Part shown: in pieces, positions 17,502 to 31,048 of the stretch
How positions within the stretch are numbered: position 1 is the stretch's first letter
How the letters are laid out: each line of letters begins with the position of its first letter
Origin: a phage
Length of the DNA stretch: 64,000 bases
Strand: one strand, 5' to 3'
NCBI GenBank assembly: GCA_019338205.1
Contig: GCA_019338205.1_4761.1
The notes under the pieces: model-generated
Databases searched by the model: none
Seen by the model: only the letters and a program-made list of their open reading frames with translations
What the model was told of the DNA's origin: nothing
Position numbers and translations under genes: made by a program

Positions 17502-19505
17502 TTATGCCTGGTTAGCTGGACCGATAATTTCGTCAAAATCAGCACCAGTTGCAACAGCAGTGAAATTGAGCATGATATAGTTGATCGATTTTGCTGGTTT
17601 GATGAACATACTAGCAACAAATTCGTTACGATCAATTACATCCGGCGTGTTATTCGTGGTGTCGCATTGTACTCGGAAGTCATAAATGCCACCCAGAGAG
17701 CGAATCGTGCTGAGATATTGCGAAACCTCCATACGGAAGGAAGCGCGAGTAAAGTTATCGTTGTTTTCAAACAGTTTGTATTTGCTTGAATCGCCGATAT
17801 TCTTTTTCAGCATGTTAAACAGACGACGAACGTTAATGCGGTCAAACGGGCTAGGAACAGTCGTAGCGGTTTTATCACCCATCAGGATAAACCCTTCACC
17901 ACCAGCACCGATCACCGGGTTAATTGCAGCCTGATACAGACGATCACGGTGTGCCTTGCGAGGCTCAATAGCCAGTTTAACCACGTTCATGATCTGACCA
18001 CGGTTATAACCTGCCGGACTCATCCACGGTTGAGATACCACATCAGTTCGAGCACATAAGCCAGCAATATCAGCAGCCAACGGAACCCAACGGTTTACGT
18101 CGTTGTATTTGTCATACTGATATTTGTAGTTACCATCAATAACAGCGTAAGTGGTATTAATGTTCATGTTGTTTTCATTATAGTTTCCTGAACCTTCGCG
18201 CCATGCAATCAGGTTATCAATTGCGGTAGTCACCGGAATATTAACAACAGTGCTACGCGGCGGAGAAACCATTACTAAGCAATCCTGACGCTCATCACCG
18301 ATGGAAACAGCATGTTTCTGTACGGTAGAGAACGCATCGCCTTCGCCAGCACATGCACCAGCGATCAACAGGTTTACGTGAATAGATTCACGTTCAGCAA
18401 ACAGATCCCAACCTTGCATCATCGCACCGATGAACGGATCAGCACCAACTCCACCAGTCGTTGCTTCGTTAGCAGAAACGCCACCAGCAAGAGAGATAAC
18501 GCCACTGAAACCATCGACCCAGCCCTGAGCGGTTGCATAGATGTACTGGCTAGAACCACGAGCAAAGAAGTCGTCCATGTAGATAGAATTGCCGTATACG
18601 TCTTTATCCCCTTTCAGAGTAGACAGTACATAGGATTCTACCACAACACCATCTCGACGAACAATAAACGCATATTGATTATCATTCTGCGGTGCATATG
18701 GAATTAGGTTGCGTGCTGCGGCACGAGTTCCGCCGAACGGATACATAGTTAATTCAGGTGCTACCGCGCCACTGAACGAGCTACGTGCCAGAATTTCAAC
18801 TTCCAGAGAGTTGCCGATCTCACCAGCATAGATTGCACTTACCGCTGGCATATCATACTTTTTGAGCTTAGTCAAAAAATCTTGATTGGTGATATTGGCT
18901 CGGGAAGTTTCCAGATCCGTTAACAGAAGACCGGAATCAGTAACAATTTTAGTTACTGACAGCGCCGCACTACCGTTACCTGACGAAGAAGTGAACTCTG
19001 CCGTCCAACCTCCATCAAGTTCTGGATATACACCGATTGCTTTAGCGTGAGCGATAATTTTACCAGTTGGGATAAATACGCCCTTAACTTTACCATCACC
19101 ATCAACTTTAGTTACTTTACCTGCCGTTTCAATATCTTGACGGTTATGTTTAATCTTGATGGTATCGCCTACTTCATAGTTTGAACCTTCGTTTGTGATT
19201 TCAAACTCTACGTTACCAGCTAGGGCAGTTGCGTTTTTTGCTTTTTCTTTATTGAGTACACGAACAACACGCAGGTCATTGCCATACTGGAGGAAGTTAG
19301 CCCCGCTCATGAAATAGTCTGCGGTGTTATTATCCGGCTGACCAAATTTATTAACTAATTCAACTTCATTAGTTACTTGAACAATCTGGAAAGCTGGACC
19401 CCATTGAAATTTACCTACCAGCGCCGCGCGACCAGTCGCAGATTGCACAATGGTAGTGGAGAGAGTAGTTTCTTTCGTTTCGAAACCCGGTGATAATAGA
19501 GTCAT
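17502..19505 (-). CDS. 18: tail sheath protein gp18
   Basis: 667 aa (T4 gp18 659 aa); synteny. Confidence 0.92.
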   Translation of the reverse strand: MTLLSPGFETKETTLSTTIVQSATGRAALVGKFQWGPAFQIVQVTNEVELVNKFGQPDNNTADYFMSGANFLQYGNDLRVVRVLNKEKAKNATALAGNVEFEITNEGSNYEVGDTIKIKHNRQDIETAGKVTKVDGDGKVKGVFIPTGKIIAHAKAIGVYPELDGGWTAEFTSSSGNGSAALSVTKIVTDSGLLLTDLETSRANITNQDFLTKLKKYDMPAVSAIYAGEIGNSLEVEILARSSFSGAVAPELTMYPFGGTRAAARNLIPYAPQNDNQYAFIVRRDGVVVESYVLSTLKGDKDVYGNSIYMDDFFARGSSQYIYATAQGWVDGFSGVISLAGGVSANEATTGGVGADPFIGAMMQGWDLFAERESIHVNLLIAGACAGEGDAFSTVQKHAVSIGDERQDCLVMVSPPRSTVVNIPVTTAIDNLIAWREGSGNYNENNMNINTTYAVIDGNYKYQYDKYNDVNRWVPLAADIAGLCARTDVVSQPWMSPAGYNRGQIMNVVKLAIEPRKAHRDRLYQAAINPVIGAGGEGFILMGDKTATTVPSPFDRINVRRLFNMLKKNIGDSSKYKLFENNDNFTRASFRMEVSQYLSTIRSLGGIYDFRVQCDTTNNTPDVIDRNEFVASMFIKPAKSINYIMLNFTAVATGADFDEIIGPANQA

Positions 19506-19536
19506 TAGAATTTCCTCATCTTTTTATGCATTATCG

Positions 19537-21860
<2,324 letters not shown>

Positions 21861-21873
21861 AATAAATTACCTC

Positions 21874-22707
21874 TTAAAATTCTCTTACAATACGTGGACC
21901 CGGTGGAGTCGGTGCAACTGGTATTGGAGTATCACTAGAATATGATTCTTTGATAGTTCCGTCCCATTCTTCTTGCTCAACATCACGTTTAACAACTTCA
22001 TGATCCACAGATTCAAAATTACCGCTAGGATTTAATTCACGAGAATTAGCATGAAAATCAAGATAAATCGTTCTAATTTCCCCCTTAACGTCGGTAGCTG
22101 GAGGATATATAAACCCGATGAACTCAAACATAATGGTCCACTCAAGACGACGACGAGAAAACTTATCTTCGCCTACCTGTTCATCTGGAGTAATAGAACT
22201 AATTGTGACCTGAATATCTCGATCAATCCATACATCATTACCGTGTAGTTCTTTAATCTTACAGTTAAAATGAGGCTGGAAGTAAGGAAGAATCTGTTCA
22301 ATTATCTGAAACATATCATCTTCGTTACGCGTATAAATCCCTAACTCGAAAGTAAACTTATATGGTACGGGGTTATATTGTGTTACGCTCCTGATTCCAT
22401 CAGCCGTATATTTTGGTACTGTCTTATTTGCAATATTGGTTTTAAAGTTCTGGGCGTATGTCATATCAATCAAAGAAAGACACATACGAGGTAAAATAGT
22501 TTCTACCTTTGCGACGTCTTCCTCGCTTAAGATATTGTTATATTTGTCCAGACTCATCATGAATTTTTCTTTCTTTGCGTAGGTGATAGGAACTTTAATA
22601 AAACGCTCACCGTCACTACGCACCCTTTTAATTTGTACGCCGGAGAATAAATTACCCAGCAATACAATATACCGTCTAATTGACGAATTATAGTGCCAAC
22701 CGAACAT
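21874..22707 (-). CDS. 15: tail sheath stabilizer / completion protein gp15
   Basis: Start set at ATG 22707 (MFGWHYNSSIRRY... as in T4 gp15); track start 22737 is TTG. Confidence 0.8.
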   Translation of the reverse strand: MFGWHYNSSIRRYIVLLGNLFSGVQIKRVRSDGERFIKVPITYAKKEKFMMSLDKYNNILSEEDVAKVETILPRMCLSLIDMTYAQNFKTNIANKTVPKYTADGIRSVTQYNPVPYKFTFELGIYTRNEDDMFQIIEQILPYFQPHFNCKIKELHGNDVWIDRDIQVTISSITPDEQVGEDKFSRRRLEWTIMFEFIGFIYPPATDVKGEIRTIYLDFHANSRELNPSGNFESVDHEVVKRDVEQEEWDGTIKESYSSDTPIPVAPTPPGPRIVREF

Positions 22708-22733
22708 TTGACCCCCTTGTTTATGAGTATTTA

Positions 22734-23474
22734 TCAAAAATCGGCGAAAGGTGAACCCTTGCCATTAATAGGATCAAACGGATCAATAAAATCTTGTCCT
22801 TCGCTTCTGAATTGCTTATCTTCTTTGTACTGATCTAAGTTGATATCTGTTAACCCGTCCAGATTAGTGATCGGTGCAAGATCCAGATCCGCAAACTCAT
22901 CAACATTAATTCCCTCATTGCGTTGTAATTCTGGTCGCAATTCCTCACCGCTATACACGAATTTCTCTGCAATAATTTTACGCATGGCATTTTTGCCAGC
23001 CTGAAAAAACGGCTGATATGGCTCGACGTAATTAATTTCAAAGAGATCATTACTCATTGGAATATAAATTAAGTCACCTGATTTTGGCTCTTGATCGTCT
23101 ACTTGATGCTTGAATAAGTTAGGATTCACCGTAAACGTTAATTCGTCGTTTGCTGTATAACCCATAGATTGAAAAAAGTTTCCTGCACCTTCATACCCGT
23201 CGAAAGAGTTTATATACGCAGCAAATTTCCATGCTTTAGTAAATTTGCTTTGAACATCCTCCCCAAAGATCATATCTGGTTTGACAAATTCACGAGGGAT
23301 GTAATATAATTCTACACCTCGCATCTGAATAGCTTCGGCGACCATAACGTCGGCTAACGTCTGAGTATTTGTATATTTGTGAAAGTTCACATAAGGATTA
23401 AGAATCTCTGTTTGTCGTGTATTCTCGTAGTCCTTCTGCGATTCAAGGCGAGCAAAAAGAGTGTTGTTAAACAT
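22734..23474 (-). CDS. 14: neck protein gp14
   Basis: 246 aa; synteny between 13 and 15. Confidence 0.75.
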   Translation of the reverse strand: MFNNTLFARLESQKDYENTRQTEILNPYVNFHKYTNTQTLADVMVAEAIQMRGVELYYIPREFVKPDMIFGEDVQSKFTKAWKFAAYINSFDGYEGAGNFFQSMGYTANDELTFTVNPNLFKHQVDDQEPKSGDLIYIPMSNDLFEINYVEPYQPFFQAGKNAMRKIIAEKFVYSGEELRPELQRNEGINVDEFADLDLAPITNLDGLTDINLDQYKEDKQFRSEGQDFIDPFDPINGKGSPFADF

Positions 23475-23488
23475 ATGTTACTCCAAAT

Positions 23489-23504
23489 GGGGGAATACTC
23501 CCCC
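23489..23504 (-). other. intercistronic stem-loop between genes 13 and 14
   Basis: ggggga-atac-tccccc hairpin. Confidence 0.3.
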
Positions 23505-23510
23505 AATAAA

Positions 23511-24443
23511 TCAAATCATGAGGATGCCGAACGGAGGATCTAAGTCAAGTAGTTCTTGTCGCAATTTCTCAATGTCGGCGCGTGCTTCTTCAATGATTCG
23601 GATACCATCAACAGTGACACCGCCGGGTAATTGCAGACCTTGATGTTTAGCCATGATGGACCCCCACACCTCCTTAGTGAAAGCGGTTGCCATGTCTTTA
23701 ACCCAACGGTTATTATATGCGCCCTGCTTGTTATCACGGATCGGTCCCATGCCAGCAACAATCCCGCTTAAACCAGCAGTTGGGTTATCATAAACGGCGC
23801 TAATCCCGCCAGCGGTAGAACATCCTCCCGCATGAGCATAACCAGCAACCGCACCGATCATATCAGGAACGTCTATATAGCTTTTAACATATAATTCAAC
23901 AACAATGAGATCACCTTCTCGAAAATTTCCTGTAATCTTAAGTTGTCCGTTTGCGCTATTATACCAATAATCTGGAAGCGGATTGAGCATATTTTGCATA
24001 GTTGCGCGATAGCTCATAAGCTGTTCGAAATATCCCAGATCACCGCCCATTGCATTTGGACCATAAAATTTACTACAGCCAGATCCTAAACCGCCATTTA
24101 CACCCGCTAAACCCAACAGAAAGTCAGTAAACCACGGATAAACGGCAGTACCGTCCATCGTAGCCGCGCTACCGACGTTTGTTCGAATTATTTTAGTTAC
24201 TGCGAATACACCAGAATCGCTTAAATCAAATACCCCGTGTTGCGCTTGCTCTGCACTAACACGAAATACTTTATATCCTTTATTCACACCATCGAAATGA
24301 TATTCCCCATAGAGTTCTAGTGCTCTCTGAATACAATCGTAAATCTGGTCTTCTGTGACTTCTACGTTAATTACTGGTGCGCCTAAACGACGCAGAATAG
24401 CGTCTTTTAATTCTCTTGGGTTATTGGTTACATATCCTGACAT
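23511..24443 (-). CDS. 13: neck protein gp13
   Basis: 310 aa (T4 gp13 309 aa); synteny. Confidence 0.75.
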   Translation of the reverse strand: MSGYVTNNPRELKDAILRRLGAPVINVEVTEDQIYDCIQRALELYGEYHFDGVNKGYKVFRVSAEQAQHGVFDLSDSGVFAVTKIIRTNVGSAATMDGTAVYPWFTDFLLGLAGVNGGLGSGCSKFYGPNAMGGDLGYFEQLMSYRATMQNMLNPLPDYWYNSANGQLKITGNFREGDLIVVELYVKSYIDVPDMIGAVAGYAHAGGCSTAGGISAVYDNPTAGLSGIVAGMGPIRDNKQGAYNNRWVKDMATAFTKEVWGSIMAKHQGLQLPGGVTVDGIRIIEEARADIEKLRQELLDLDPPFGILMI

Positions 24444-24460
24444 AATATCACCTATAAACG

Positions 24461-24483
24461 GAAAAGGGGCTTAACGCCCCTTT
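24461..24483 (-). terminator. intrinsic terminator after wac
   Basis: aaaggggc-guuaa-gcccc stem followed by UUUUC on minus strand. Confidence 0.5.
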
Positions 24484-24489
24484 AATTTC

Positions 24490-26259
24490 TTATACCGGAG
24501 AAATTCCAAAGAGGAACTCTTTAATTTGTAGCTGTTGCGCTAATGCTTCTTCGGATACGCCCTTAATGCGAATATCGATCCGGTCGCCCTTTTCAATATT
24601 TAGGAAAGCACTGGTAGAATAGCTAATTAAATCATCAGTTCCATAATGACCATTTCGTACCTCATGTACAATCAGACCATTTTTAGCAATACCGACTACG
24701 AAAGTAGCGTTATGTGCCGCATTTACATAACAACGGAAATCACAACGGAATAAGCCTTTGTCGTTAACCGTAACAAGAGATTCGCTCTTAACTATTCCAC
24801 GCGCAGGAACTTCTTCGGTCATATCGTTTAGCGGGATTCCTTTGTATTGATCTTGTCCGTCGAGAGTAATATCAATCTGAGCGGTGTTTTTAAATGCACC
24901 AGCCGCCCATGCGACCTGAACCCATTCCCCGTGCTTACGTAGATAATGGAAACCATCATCAGGAACGTCTGTTACCTTGCTTGCATTTGATGTGCTCAAT
25001 TCCTTAACAGTTTTCACGATCCCATCTTGTTCAAGCTGCGTGCTTCCTTCTGGATTGCCGTACATGTCGCTTGACAGCTTAATAACCCCGGCGGTTAGAC
25101 CGGAATCTCGATCTCCGATCATCTGCTCGATATCCTGTACGCTAGCTTCTAGTCGTCCCTGTGTATTTTCTACAATTTTTAGACGACCTGCGATAGTATG
25201 ACGCTCACTATCAGTACCAACTGTGTTAGAGATTCGTGCAACCTCACCACGTAGGCCATCAGCACCACTAACACCGACAATAGATTTAAGATCTACAAAT
25301 TCCCGTTCTTGATTAGTCAATCGATAATCAATACTTCCAGCGGCTTGAGGATTGCCAATCGTATTTTCCAGAAGAGTTAAACGAGGACGGATACCAGCGT
25401 CAAAGCCGTTGACTTCATCATTAAGCTGTGTATAATCAGATTGTAGCTTAGTTACTTTAGTCCCGATATCAGGAATTGATTCAAATAGAATCGCTTTCTT
25501 TACTTCCTGAACTTCGTTTGATATACTAGCGATATTGCGAGTATTTGTGCGAAGACGAAGATAAACATTGTCCTGTGTTGCTAGTGATGTATCGCCTAGC
25601 TCGCTTCGCATTTTGTTAACTTGTTTTGTTAGCTCTCCAACGTCAGAATCTTGCCAGTCGTTTTCTAGTTGGCGGATTCGCTGACCGTGGTTGTTTAATG
25701 CTTCCGTATTCTGGATAACTCGATATTTGATACCGGAACCGGAACTACCTGGATCTGGATAACCGTTGATATTGAAGTTAGGGAAAGCGCCCAATTCTTG
25801 TTTGATGAAAGAAATATCATCATATATTGTTCGTGTACTCGGATCTGCTGCCGGACGAACACCAATTTTCTTTCCTGTCTCCGCCAGTTCATCTACTGTG
25901 GTTTGTAATGTCCTTGAAGTTTCTCCTAAATTTTCTTCTACAGACTCAACCTTTGCAATAGTTTGATTGACAATATCAATAATACTACCATCAGCAACCG
26001 CGCCTAAAGTAGTTTTAATATCATTAACTGCGGTAACAACTTCGTTAACTTTTGTTACCGTTGTCTTAGAATTTTCATCCAGACGAACAATATTTTCTTG
26101 AATAGCATAAGGGGCGCGGTTAAGCGTCCCCTCGTGTCCTGTTTCTGTGGTTGCTGCGCTTAGACATTCACCATTTTTAATCCAGCTAATAGAATGCTGT
26201 CCCTCTCCAGGGACACCATCGACGTTAGGGATCTTTCGAATGTTTAACTGTTCGATCAT
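24490..26259 (-). CDS. wac: fibritin (whisker / neck collar protein) with extra C-terminal domain
   Basis: 589 aa; N-terminus ...VDGVPGEGQHSISWIKNGE matches T4 fibritin; coiled-coil body; foldon-like PDDGFHYLRKHGEWVQV followed by about 130 extra residues. Confidence 0.75.
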   Translation of the reverse strand: MIEQLNIRKIPNVDGVPGEGQHSISWIKNGECLSAATTETGHEGTLNRAPYAIQENIVRLDENSKTTVTKVNEVVTAVNDIKTTLGAVADGSIIDIVNQTIAKVESVEENLGETSRTLQTTVDELAETGKKIGVRPAADPSTRTIYDDISFIKQELGAFPNFNINGYPDPGSSGSGIKYRVIQNTEALNNHGQRIRQLENDWQDSDVGELTKQVNKMRSELGDTSLATQDNVYLRLRTNTRNIASISNEVQEVKKAILFESIPDIGTKVTKLQSDYTQLNDEVNGFDAGIRPRLTLLENTIGNPQAAGSIDYRLTNQEREFVDLKSIVGVSGADGLRGEVARISNTVGTDSERHTIAGRLKIVENTQGRLEASVQDIEQMIGDRDSGLTAGVIKLSSDMYGNPEGSTQLEQDGIVKTVKELSTSNASKVTDVPDDGFHYLRKHGEWVQVAWAAGAFKNTAQIDITLDGQDQYKGIPLNDMTEEVPARGIVKSESLVTVNDKGLFRCDFRCYVNAAHNATFVVGIAKNGLIVHEVRNGHYGTDDLISYSTSAFLNIEKGDRIDIRIKGVSEEALAQQLQIKEFLFGISPV

Positions 26260-27662
26260 TATTGTACCCTTATCATGTAGTTTAATGCAAGGCTTTTAAC
26301 GCGAGTTTCGCCAGACGTTCTAACCTGTCTTGCGCTGTCAAAGTTAACAATACTACCCCAATCATCACCACCACCGTTTTTATAGTTCGTGCTCCATTGA
26401 CCGCCTGTGATGGCAAATACACCACCAGTCCAACCGCGCCAACGGTTAGCTACAGGGAAGTTACCTGTCATATGTTGCATGGTGTCGTCTTGATAAGTAC
26501 CAAATCCACGACCTGGGTCTAGTCCTCGACTGTGGTCGCATCCTCTAGCAACAAGCCCTCGCATATCGGGTAGAGCAAAGTTGTCTCCGCCATCTCCGCC
26601 GTAAGTGAAACCGATTCGTGAAAATAATACTGGATATTGGTGTTTATTTAACCATTGACCGTTGCAGATTTTGAATTGTGCGTGGTCGAAACTGTTAAAT
26701 GCTGTAAGAATGATGCCACCAATAGGCATACAAAGACCATCCAGTTCATTTTTAATGATAAACTGGTTTCCGTCGCCTCCACTATGACGATACACATCGC
26801 CAGTAACGACACCACCACTTAGAGGCAATACACGAGCATTTGCCGACAGTGCTGCGTTTGCCTCGCCTGATCCTGGGTTATCTGTTAGCTTAACAACACC
26901 GAATTGTCCAGTGGTTGCTTTAGTGTTCGCAAATTTTTGTGCTGATACTACTACTGTGTTGTCATTACCGTCAATCATTTGTTGTGATGAGGCAATTTTA
27001 ACAGTACCCGCCTGATTTTCATTTGCTCTTGCGTTGGAAAATGCATATGGACTAACGGCAAATCCTTCTCTGATAGTACCAGCAAGCGTTTGTTGGCTTG
27101 TCGCCAGTCTAACTAAACCCTCACGGGACTCGGTCGCCGTGTTTTGTTCTGGAATCAACCCAGGAACAATCTGAGCAATAGCAGCGTGCATCTTTTTAGG
27201 CGTGACCGCCATAGTGTCATCACTACCGATTTTTGCCGCATCCATAGAACAGATTTTAATTGTACCCTGTACGGTTTCCGTTGCTTTCTTATTCTCGAAT
27301 ACATGGGTTAATGTATCAGGACCAATTGCAATATTTGGAGTATCGCCCATAGCTTCATCGTTATTAGCATAGCGAGTGATCCCTTTGACAAGTTTTGTTG
27401 CGTCCGGTCTTGACAGCTTAACAGCCAATGTTTTGGGGGTAACAATTTTAGTTCCATCCAACCCATCATCTACTTCTTGTTGAGTAGCAATTTCAGCAAT
27501 ACCCGCTGTTTCTTCGGTTGCCGTTGGAAGACCTGCAATAGCAAATCCCTGAATAGCGGCTAATGCCGCTTGTACGTTTTTTATATTGCTAGGCCAATTT
27601 CCGGTAGGGTCAAACTTAACATACTGTGCATCGTCTTTTACGTGATTAATAGTGTTATTCAT
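26259..27662 (-). CDS. 12: short tail fiber protein gp12
   Basis: 467 aa; synteny between wac and 11. Confidence 0.75.
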   Translation of the reverse strand: MNNTINHVKDDAQYVKFDPTGNWPSNIKNVQAALAAIQGFAIAGLPTATEETAGIAEIATQQEVDDGLDGTKIVTPKTLAVKLSRPDATKLVKGITRYANNDEAMGDTPNIAIGPDTLTHVFENKKATETVQGTIKICSMDAAKIGSDDTMAVTPKKMHAAIAQIVPGLIPEQNTATESREGLVRLATSQQTLAGTIREGFAVSPYAFSNARANENQAGTVKIASSQQMIDGNDNTVVVSAQKFANTKATTGQFGVVKLTDNPGSGEANAALSANARVLPLSGGVVTGDVYRHSGGDGNQFIIKNELDGLCMPIGGIILTAFNSFDHAQFKICNGQWLNKHQYPVLFSRIGFTYGGDGGDNFALPDMRGLVARGCDHSRGLDPGRGFGTYQDDTMQHMTGNFPVANRWRGWTGGVFAITGGQWSTNYKNGGGDDWGSIVNFDSARQVRTSGETRVKSLALNYMIRVQ

Positions 27663-27673
27663 AATTTTACACC

Positions 27674-28318
27674 TTACGCAATACGCTTAAAATAAAATAG
27701 TGTTGAATCAAATTTTTCTTCCGTTCCCAATCTGGACCATGCACCATAACCATAACGAGCAGGGGAATTTATTTCCCCACGAACGCTAATACCATATTTT
27801 TCTACGACCGTTGCTTCGTGTGCGTTTGAATCAATATACTGAATCTCTATTTTATCGTTGCCAGTACCTTTCCTCTCAACTCTAGAGAATAAGATACTTT
27901 TGTCTTTCAATTCATTAAATTTTGTTGTGACCATTTCGCATAATGCAACATTCGACGTTCCAACATTAACAACAAATGGATAACCCAAAACTTCAATTAC
28001 AACTTTTTTCGCGGCTGGATCGTGTTTATTTGTTACCGTTCCAGTGAAAGAAAGAGTTTCTATTTGTCCCGCCGCTTCCGGTGGAGTTGAATTTGTAGTT
28101 ACCAATACATCACCAACATTAAGCATAGAAATGCTATACAGGTCATCAATTGCCGACTGCACGTTGTTAATAAAAGAACCTTTGCGAGATTGGTCTACGT
28201 TTAATCCACCAATTGGGCGAATGTCACCAATAATGGGGTCTTTCGACCCCGGATCGTATGAAATGAATGCTGCGTCACTAGAAAATACGCTTGCTTTAGA
28301 ACGTGTTTTAGAAATCAT
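27674..28318 (-). CDS. 11: baseplate wedge / short tail fiber attachment protein gp11
   Basis: 214 aa (T4 gp11 219 aa); synteny. Confidence 0.75.
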   Translation of the reverse strand: MISKTRSKASVFSSDAAFISYDPGSKDPIIGDIRPIGGLNVDQSRKGSFINNVQSAIDDLYSISMLNVGDVLVTTNSTPPEAAGQIETLSFTGTVTNKHDPAAKKVVIEVLGYPFVVNVGTSNVALCEMVTTKFNELKDKSILFSRVERKGTGNDKIEIQYIDSNAHEATVVEKYGISVRGEINSPARYGYGAWSRLGTEEKFDSTLFYFKRIA

Positions 28319-28319
28319 A

Positions 28320-30122
28320 TTAACCTACCCTTAACCAGCGATGAACGGTGCGATATGGAGGAAGAATACCCATCATTGATGGATCAGCATTTCCAGAATT
28401 AACTTTTACGATATCCTCTCTATATTTCGTAAACGCTGGACCTGCCGCATCAGGATCAACTTGACAGCCACCAATGATAATTGACCCCGTATCGTCTTTC
28501 ACCAAAACACGATCACTGGATTGTAATTCAGGAATCATATCTTTCTTGATTTGATAGGCAACTTCACCACCAGTACCACCAGCGGTGTGTGTAGGTTGTC
28601 CATGAATATCAAGATCGTTATTGTTTAATGCAAAATTCTGGTCGCTGGCATCGGAAGACCAACCAGCAAGAAATTCTCCTTCCGCATACCGAACCCAGAT
28701 ACCAATACCCATATATGTCGCTGGGTTAGCTGGGTTATGTGCGTTTTCGTATATCGTGCCGATCGGATGGAAAATATCAAACAGTGCATATATATCCATA
28801 ATTCGACCTGAATACTCTTCTGCCGGACGAGTGTTTTTCTGGCTAGGATTCTGGAAGTCGGTATATTCAATTTGTTTTGTTAAATTAACTTCGTCTTCGT
28901 TATTGAGATAAATCTTGTCTGCTTTTTCTTTAATTCCGCCGACACCATCCCATTCTAATAGAGTTCCGATATCGTTATTAAACCAACGAATTGTTATAGT
29001 ATCTCTATTGTCCAACGCTTTAGCTAATTTAATCCCTGTTACAATGCTATTCTCATCAAATACCAGTGAATAATCTTCTCCAGACTGTACCCACTGACCG
29101 CCAGCAAGTGCGCAACTCTCTTCGGTTTCTCCGTCAGCACCTTCACAAACAAACGAAGGAAGATCAGCATCACCAGCTTTAATCATTTGAGTACCATTTA
29201 TTAATAACTCAAATGAATTTGGGTTAATTATATCACGTTTACTAACTCCCAAATCAGCATTGGTAAATTCTTTTTTCGTCGATAAATCACCTACCCACAC
29301 TTCACCCGGAATAGTTTCTAGTGCTGTCATTCCGGTATCATACACTCTAATTGTGTGTGTGATATAACTAGATCGGAATGATGCAATTCCGTCCATATAT
29401 GTAATAATTTGAACGGTATCCCCAGCCGAACAAGGAAAACGAAGTTTTATGCTTTTGCCATCAAGTTCAACAAGTGATCCATCCTCACCAATTGAACCGT
29501 AGTTAGAGTCATTACTAAAAGACTTGCCATAATATAAAAGGTTTCCTCGATAATATACTTCAACATTTCGAGTGTTATATGTGTTAGAACCAAATACATT
29601 AGGGAAATCTGTTTGCCCTTCTGTGGCAATATAAACTTCCTTAGCTACTGTGCTTAGGTCAGACGTGGTGATCGTGTCAACTCGCTTGTTTTCGATATAT
29701 TCCCAGCGTCCAGGCGCACAATAAACCAGTTCAACATCCATAAAATCTTTATACAACTCACGGTCGATTGGAGATCCCTTAATGGTATCACCTTGTGCTG
29801 GCTTAAGTGTTACGTTATGAGACGCCCACGAGCGCCAAACATCACGAAGTTTAATTGTCTTGTTATAATCACCAACTCCACCTTTAGGCAATTCAACAGA
29901 AACAGCGTTGTTCGTTGTATTAATCGCCCATGCATCACCAAAATTTGGTTTTAATACTGGTTGTGTGTGAGTTTTCCACGCGCCGGATGCATGAGGGATA
30001 TCACCATCCCCCAGCTTAGTATAAAGTTCAGAAAAGTTGTCATTAATCTTTTGACCGCCTTTTCTTAGATAATCACCTGTACCGTCATCAACAACGTTAC
30101 CGATATTAATTAATTGTTTCAT
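28320..30122 (-). CDS. 10: baseplate wedge protein gp10
   Basis: 600 aa (T4 gp10 602 aa); synteny. Confidence 0.8.
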   Translation of the reverse strand: MKQLINIGNVVDDGTGDYLRKGGQKINDNFSELYTKLGDGDIPHASGAWKTHTQPVLKPNFGDAWAINTTNNAVSVELPKGGVGDYNKTIKLRDVWRSWASHNVTLKPAQGDTIKGSPIDRELYKDFMDVELVYCAPGRWEYIENKRVDTITTSDLSTVAKEVYIATEGQTDFPNVFGSNTYNTRNVEVYYRGNLLYYGKSFSNDSNYGSIGEDGSLVELDGKSIKLRFPCSAGDTVQIITYMDGIASFRSSYITHTIRVYDTGMTALETIPGEVWVGDLSTKKEFTNADLGVSKRDIINPNSFELLINGTQMIKAGDADLPSFVCEGADGETEESCALAGGQWVQSGEDYSLVFDENSIVTGIKLAKALDNRDTITIRWFNNDIGTLLEWDGVGGIKEKADKIYLNNEDEVNLTKQIEYTDFQNPSQKNTRPAEEYSGRIMDIYALFDIFHPIGTIYENAHNPANPATYMGIGIWVRYAEGEFLAGWSSDASDQNFALNNNDLDIHGQPTHTAGGTGGEVAYQIKKDMIPELQSSDRVLVKDDTGSIIIGGCQVDPDAAGPAFTKYREDIVKVNSGNADPSMMGILPPYRTVHRWLRVG

Positions 30123-30973
30123 GTAGCAACCCCGATTTTAATAGTGTCTACGGCTTTAACTGCTAAACGAATATTTTCGCCAGTAGCCTTATACTCTGCA
30201 TATACTTTATCGCCGGAACCGATGAAATAACGAACCGTGTATAATTCGTCTTCTGTCTTCTGCAAAACTGCATATTCCGTCGCATAAACTTTTCCGGCTT
30301 TAGAATCAATCATCAGTAGCGTTTCACTTGAACGCATTTTTGAACCGGATGTATTGCTAGCGGTAGTTAATAATTTGATGGAAACGTATTCTGTTTTTGC
30401 GGCAATAGCAACGTTTGTTGCTACTCCAGTTACGTTAACTGTTTTATCTAATGGCGTTGTTGTATCGGTAAACATACTTTCGATACCCAATCGCCATGTT
30501 ACGCGACTACCTTCAACGGCAGTACACCAAACAGTGACTTTTGAAAATGGTTGTGTTATTGTAGCATCACCGGAATACCCGCTAATAGAATCACCTGCTT
30601 GAGTTCGAATATTGAGCGGTGTCGTCGTTGAAAAGCTACCGTTACTATTTATGAATACAACACCCTCACCAACCTTTGCTTTAGGTAGAATAGCAATAAG
30701 TGCGCCTTGAGTTGTATCGATATCGTGTAGACTCCCAATCTCAACAGCGGAACCAGCGTAGCTTTGACGTGGATGTTTCTGATAGTATCCGGTTGCATGA
30801 ATAACCATTCTTCCTACGCCGTGGTCTACGTCTTTAAACCGCTGATCAGCAAATGCGTCATATATTGAATCAAAGTTATCGTTAATTTTATTACCGCCGT
30901 CATAGAGGATGTCCCCGGTGCTTGGATTGCCGACAGTACCTGTGTCTATTCTTTTCTTTGGAACTTGTGCCAT
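30119..30973 (-). CDS. 9: baseplate wedge / long tail fiber socket protein gp9
   Basis: 284 aa (T4 gp9 288 aa); synteny. Confidence 0.75.
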   Translation of the reverse strand: MAQVPKKRIDTGTVGNPSTGDILYDGGNKINDNFDSIYDAFADQRFKDVDHGVGRMVIHATGYYQKHPRQSYAGSAVEIGSLHDIDTTQGALIAILPKAKVGEGVVFINSNGSFSTTTPLNIRTQAGDSISGYSGDATITQPFSKVTVWCTAVEGSRVTWRLGIESMFTDTTTPLDKTVNVTGVATNVAIAAKTEYVSIKLLTTASNTSGSKMRSSETLLMIDSKAGKVYATEYAVLQKTEDELYTVRYFIGSGDKVYAEYKATGENIRLAVKAVDTIKIGVAT

Positions 30974-31000
30974 TGTTTAATTCCTCATGTTATGATGTAT

Positions 31001-31008
31001 TATTTATA
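31001..31008 (-). promoter_or_regulatory. T4-type late promoter (TATAAATA) for gene 9
   Basis: Exact TATAAATA on minus strand 28 nt upstream of gp9 ATG, between the inserted cassette and gp9. Confidence 0.55.
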
Positions 31009-31018
31009 AAATACATAC

Positions 31019-31044
31019 AAAAAAGCCGCCCACAAGGACGGCTT
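31019..31044 (-). terminator. intrinsic terminator closing the inserted methyltransferase cassette
   Basis: gccguccuugugggcggc hairpin followed by UUUUUU on minus strand, immediately after the MTase stop. Confidence 0.55.
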
Positions 31045-31048
31045 AGAA

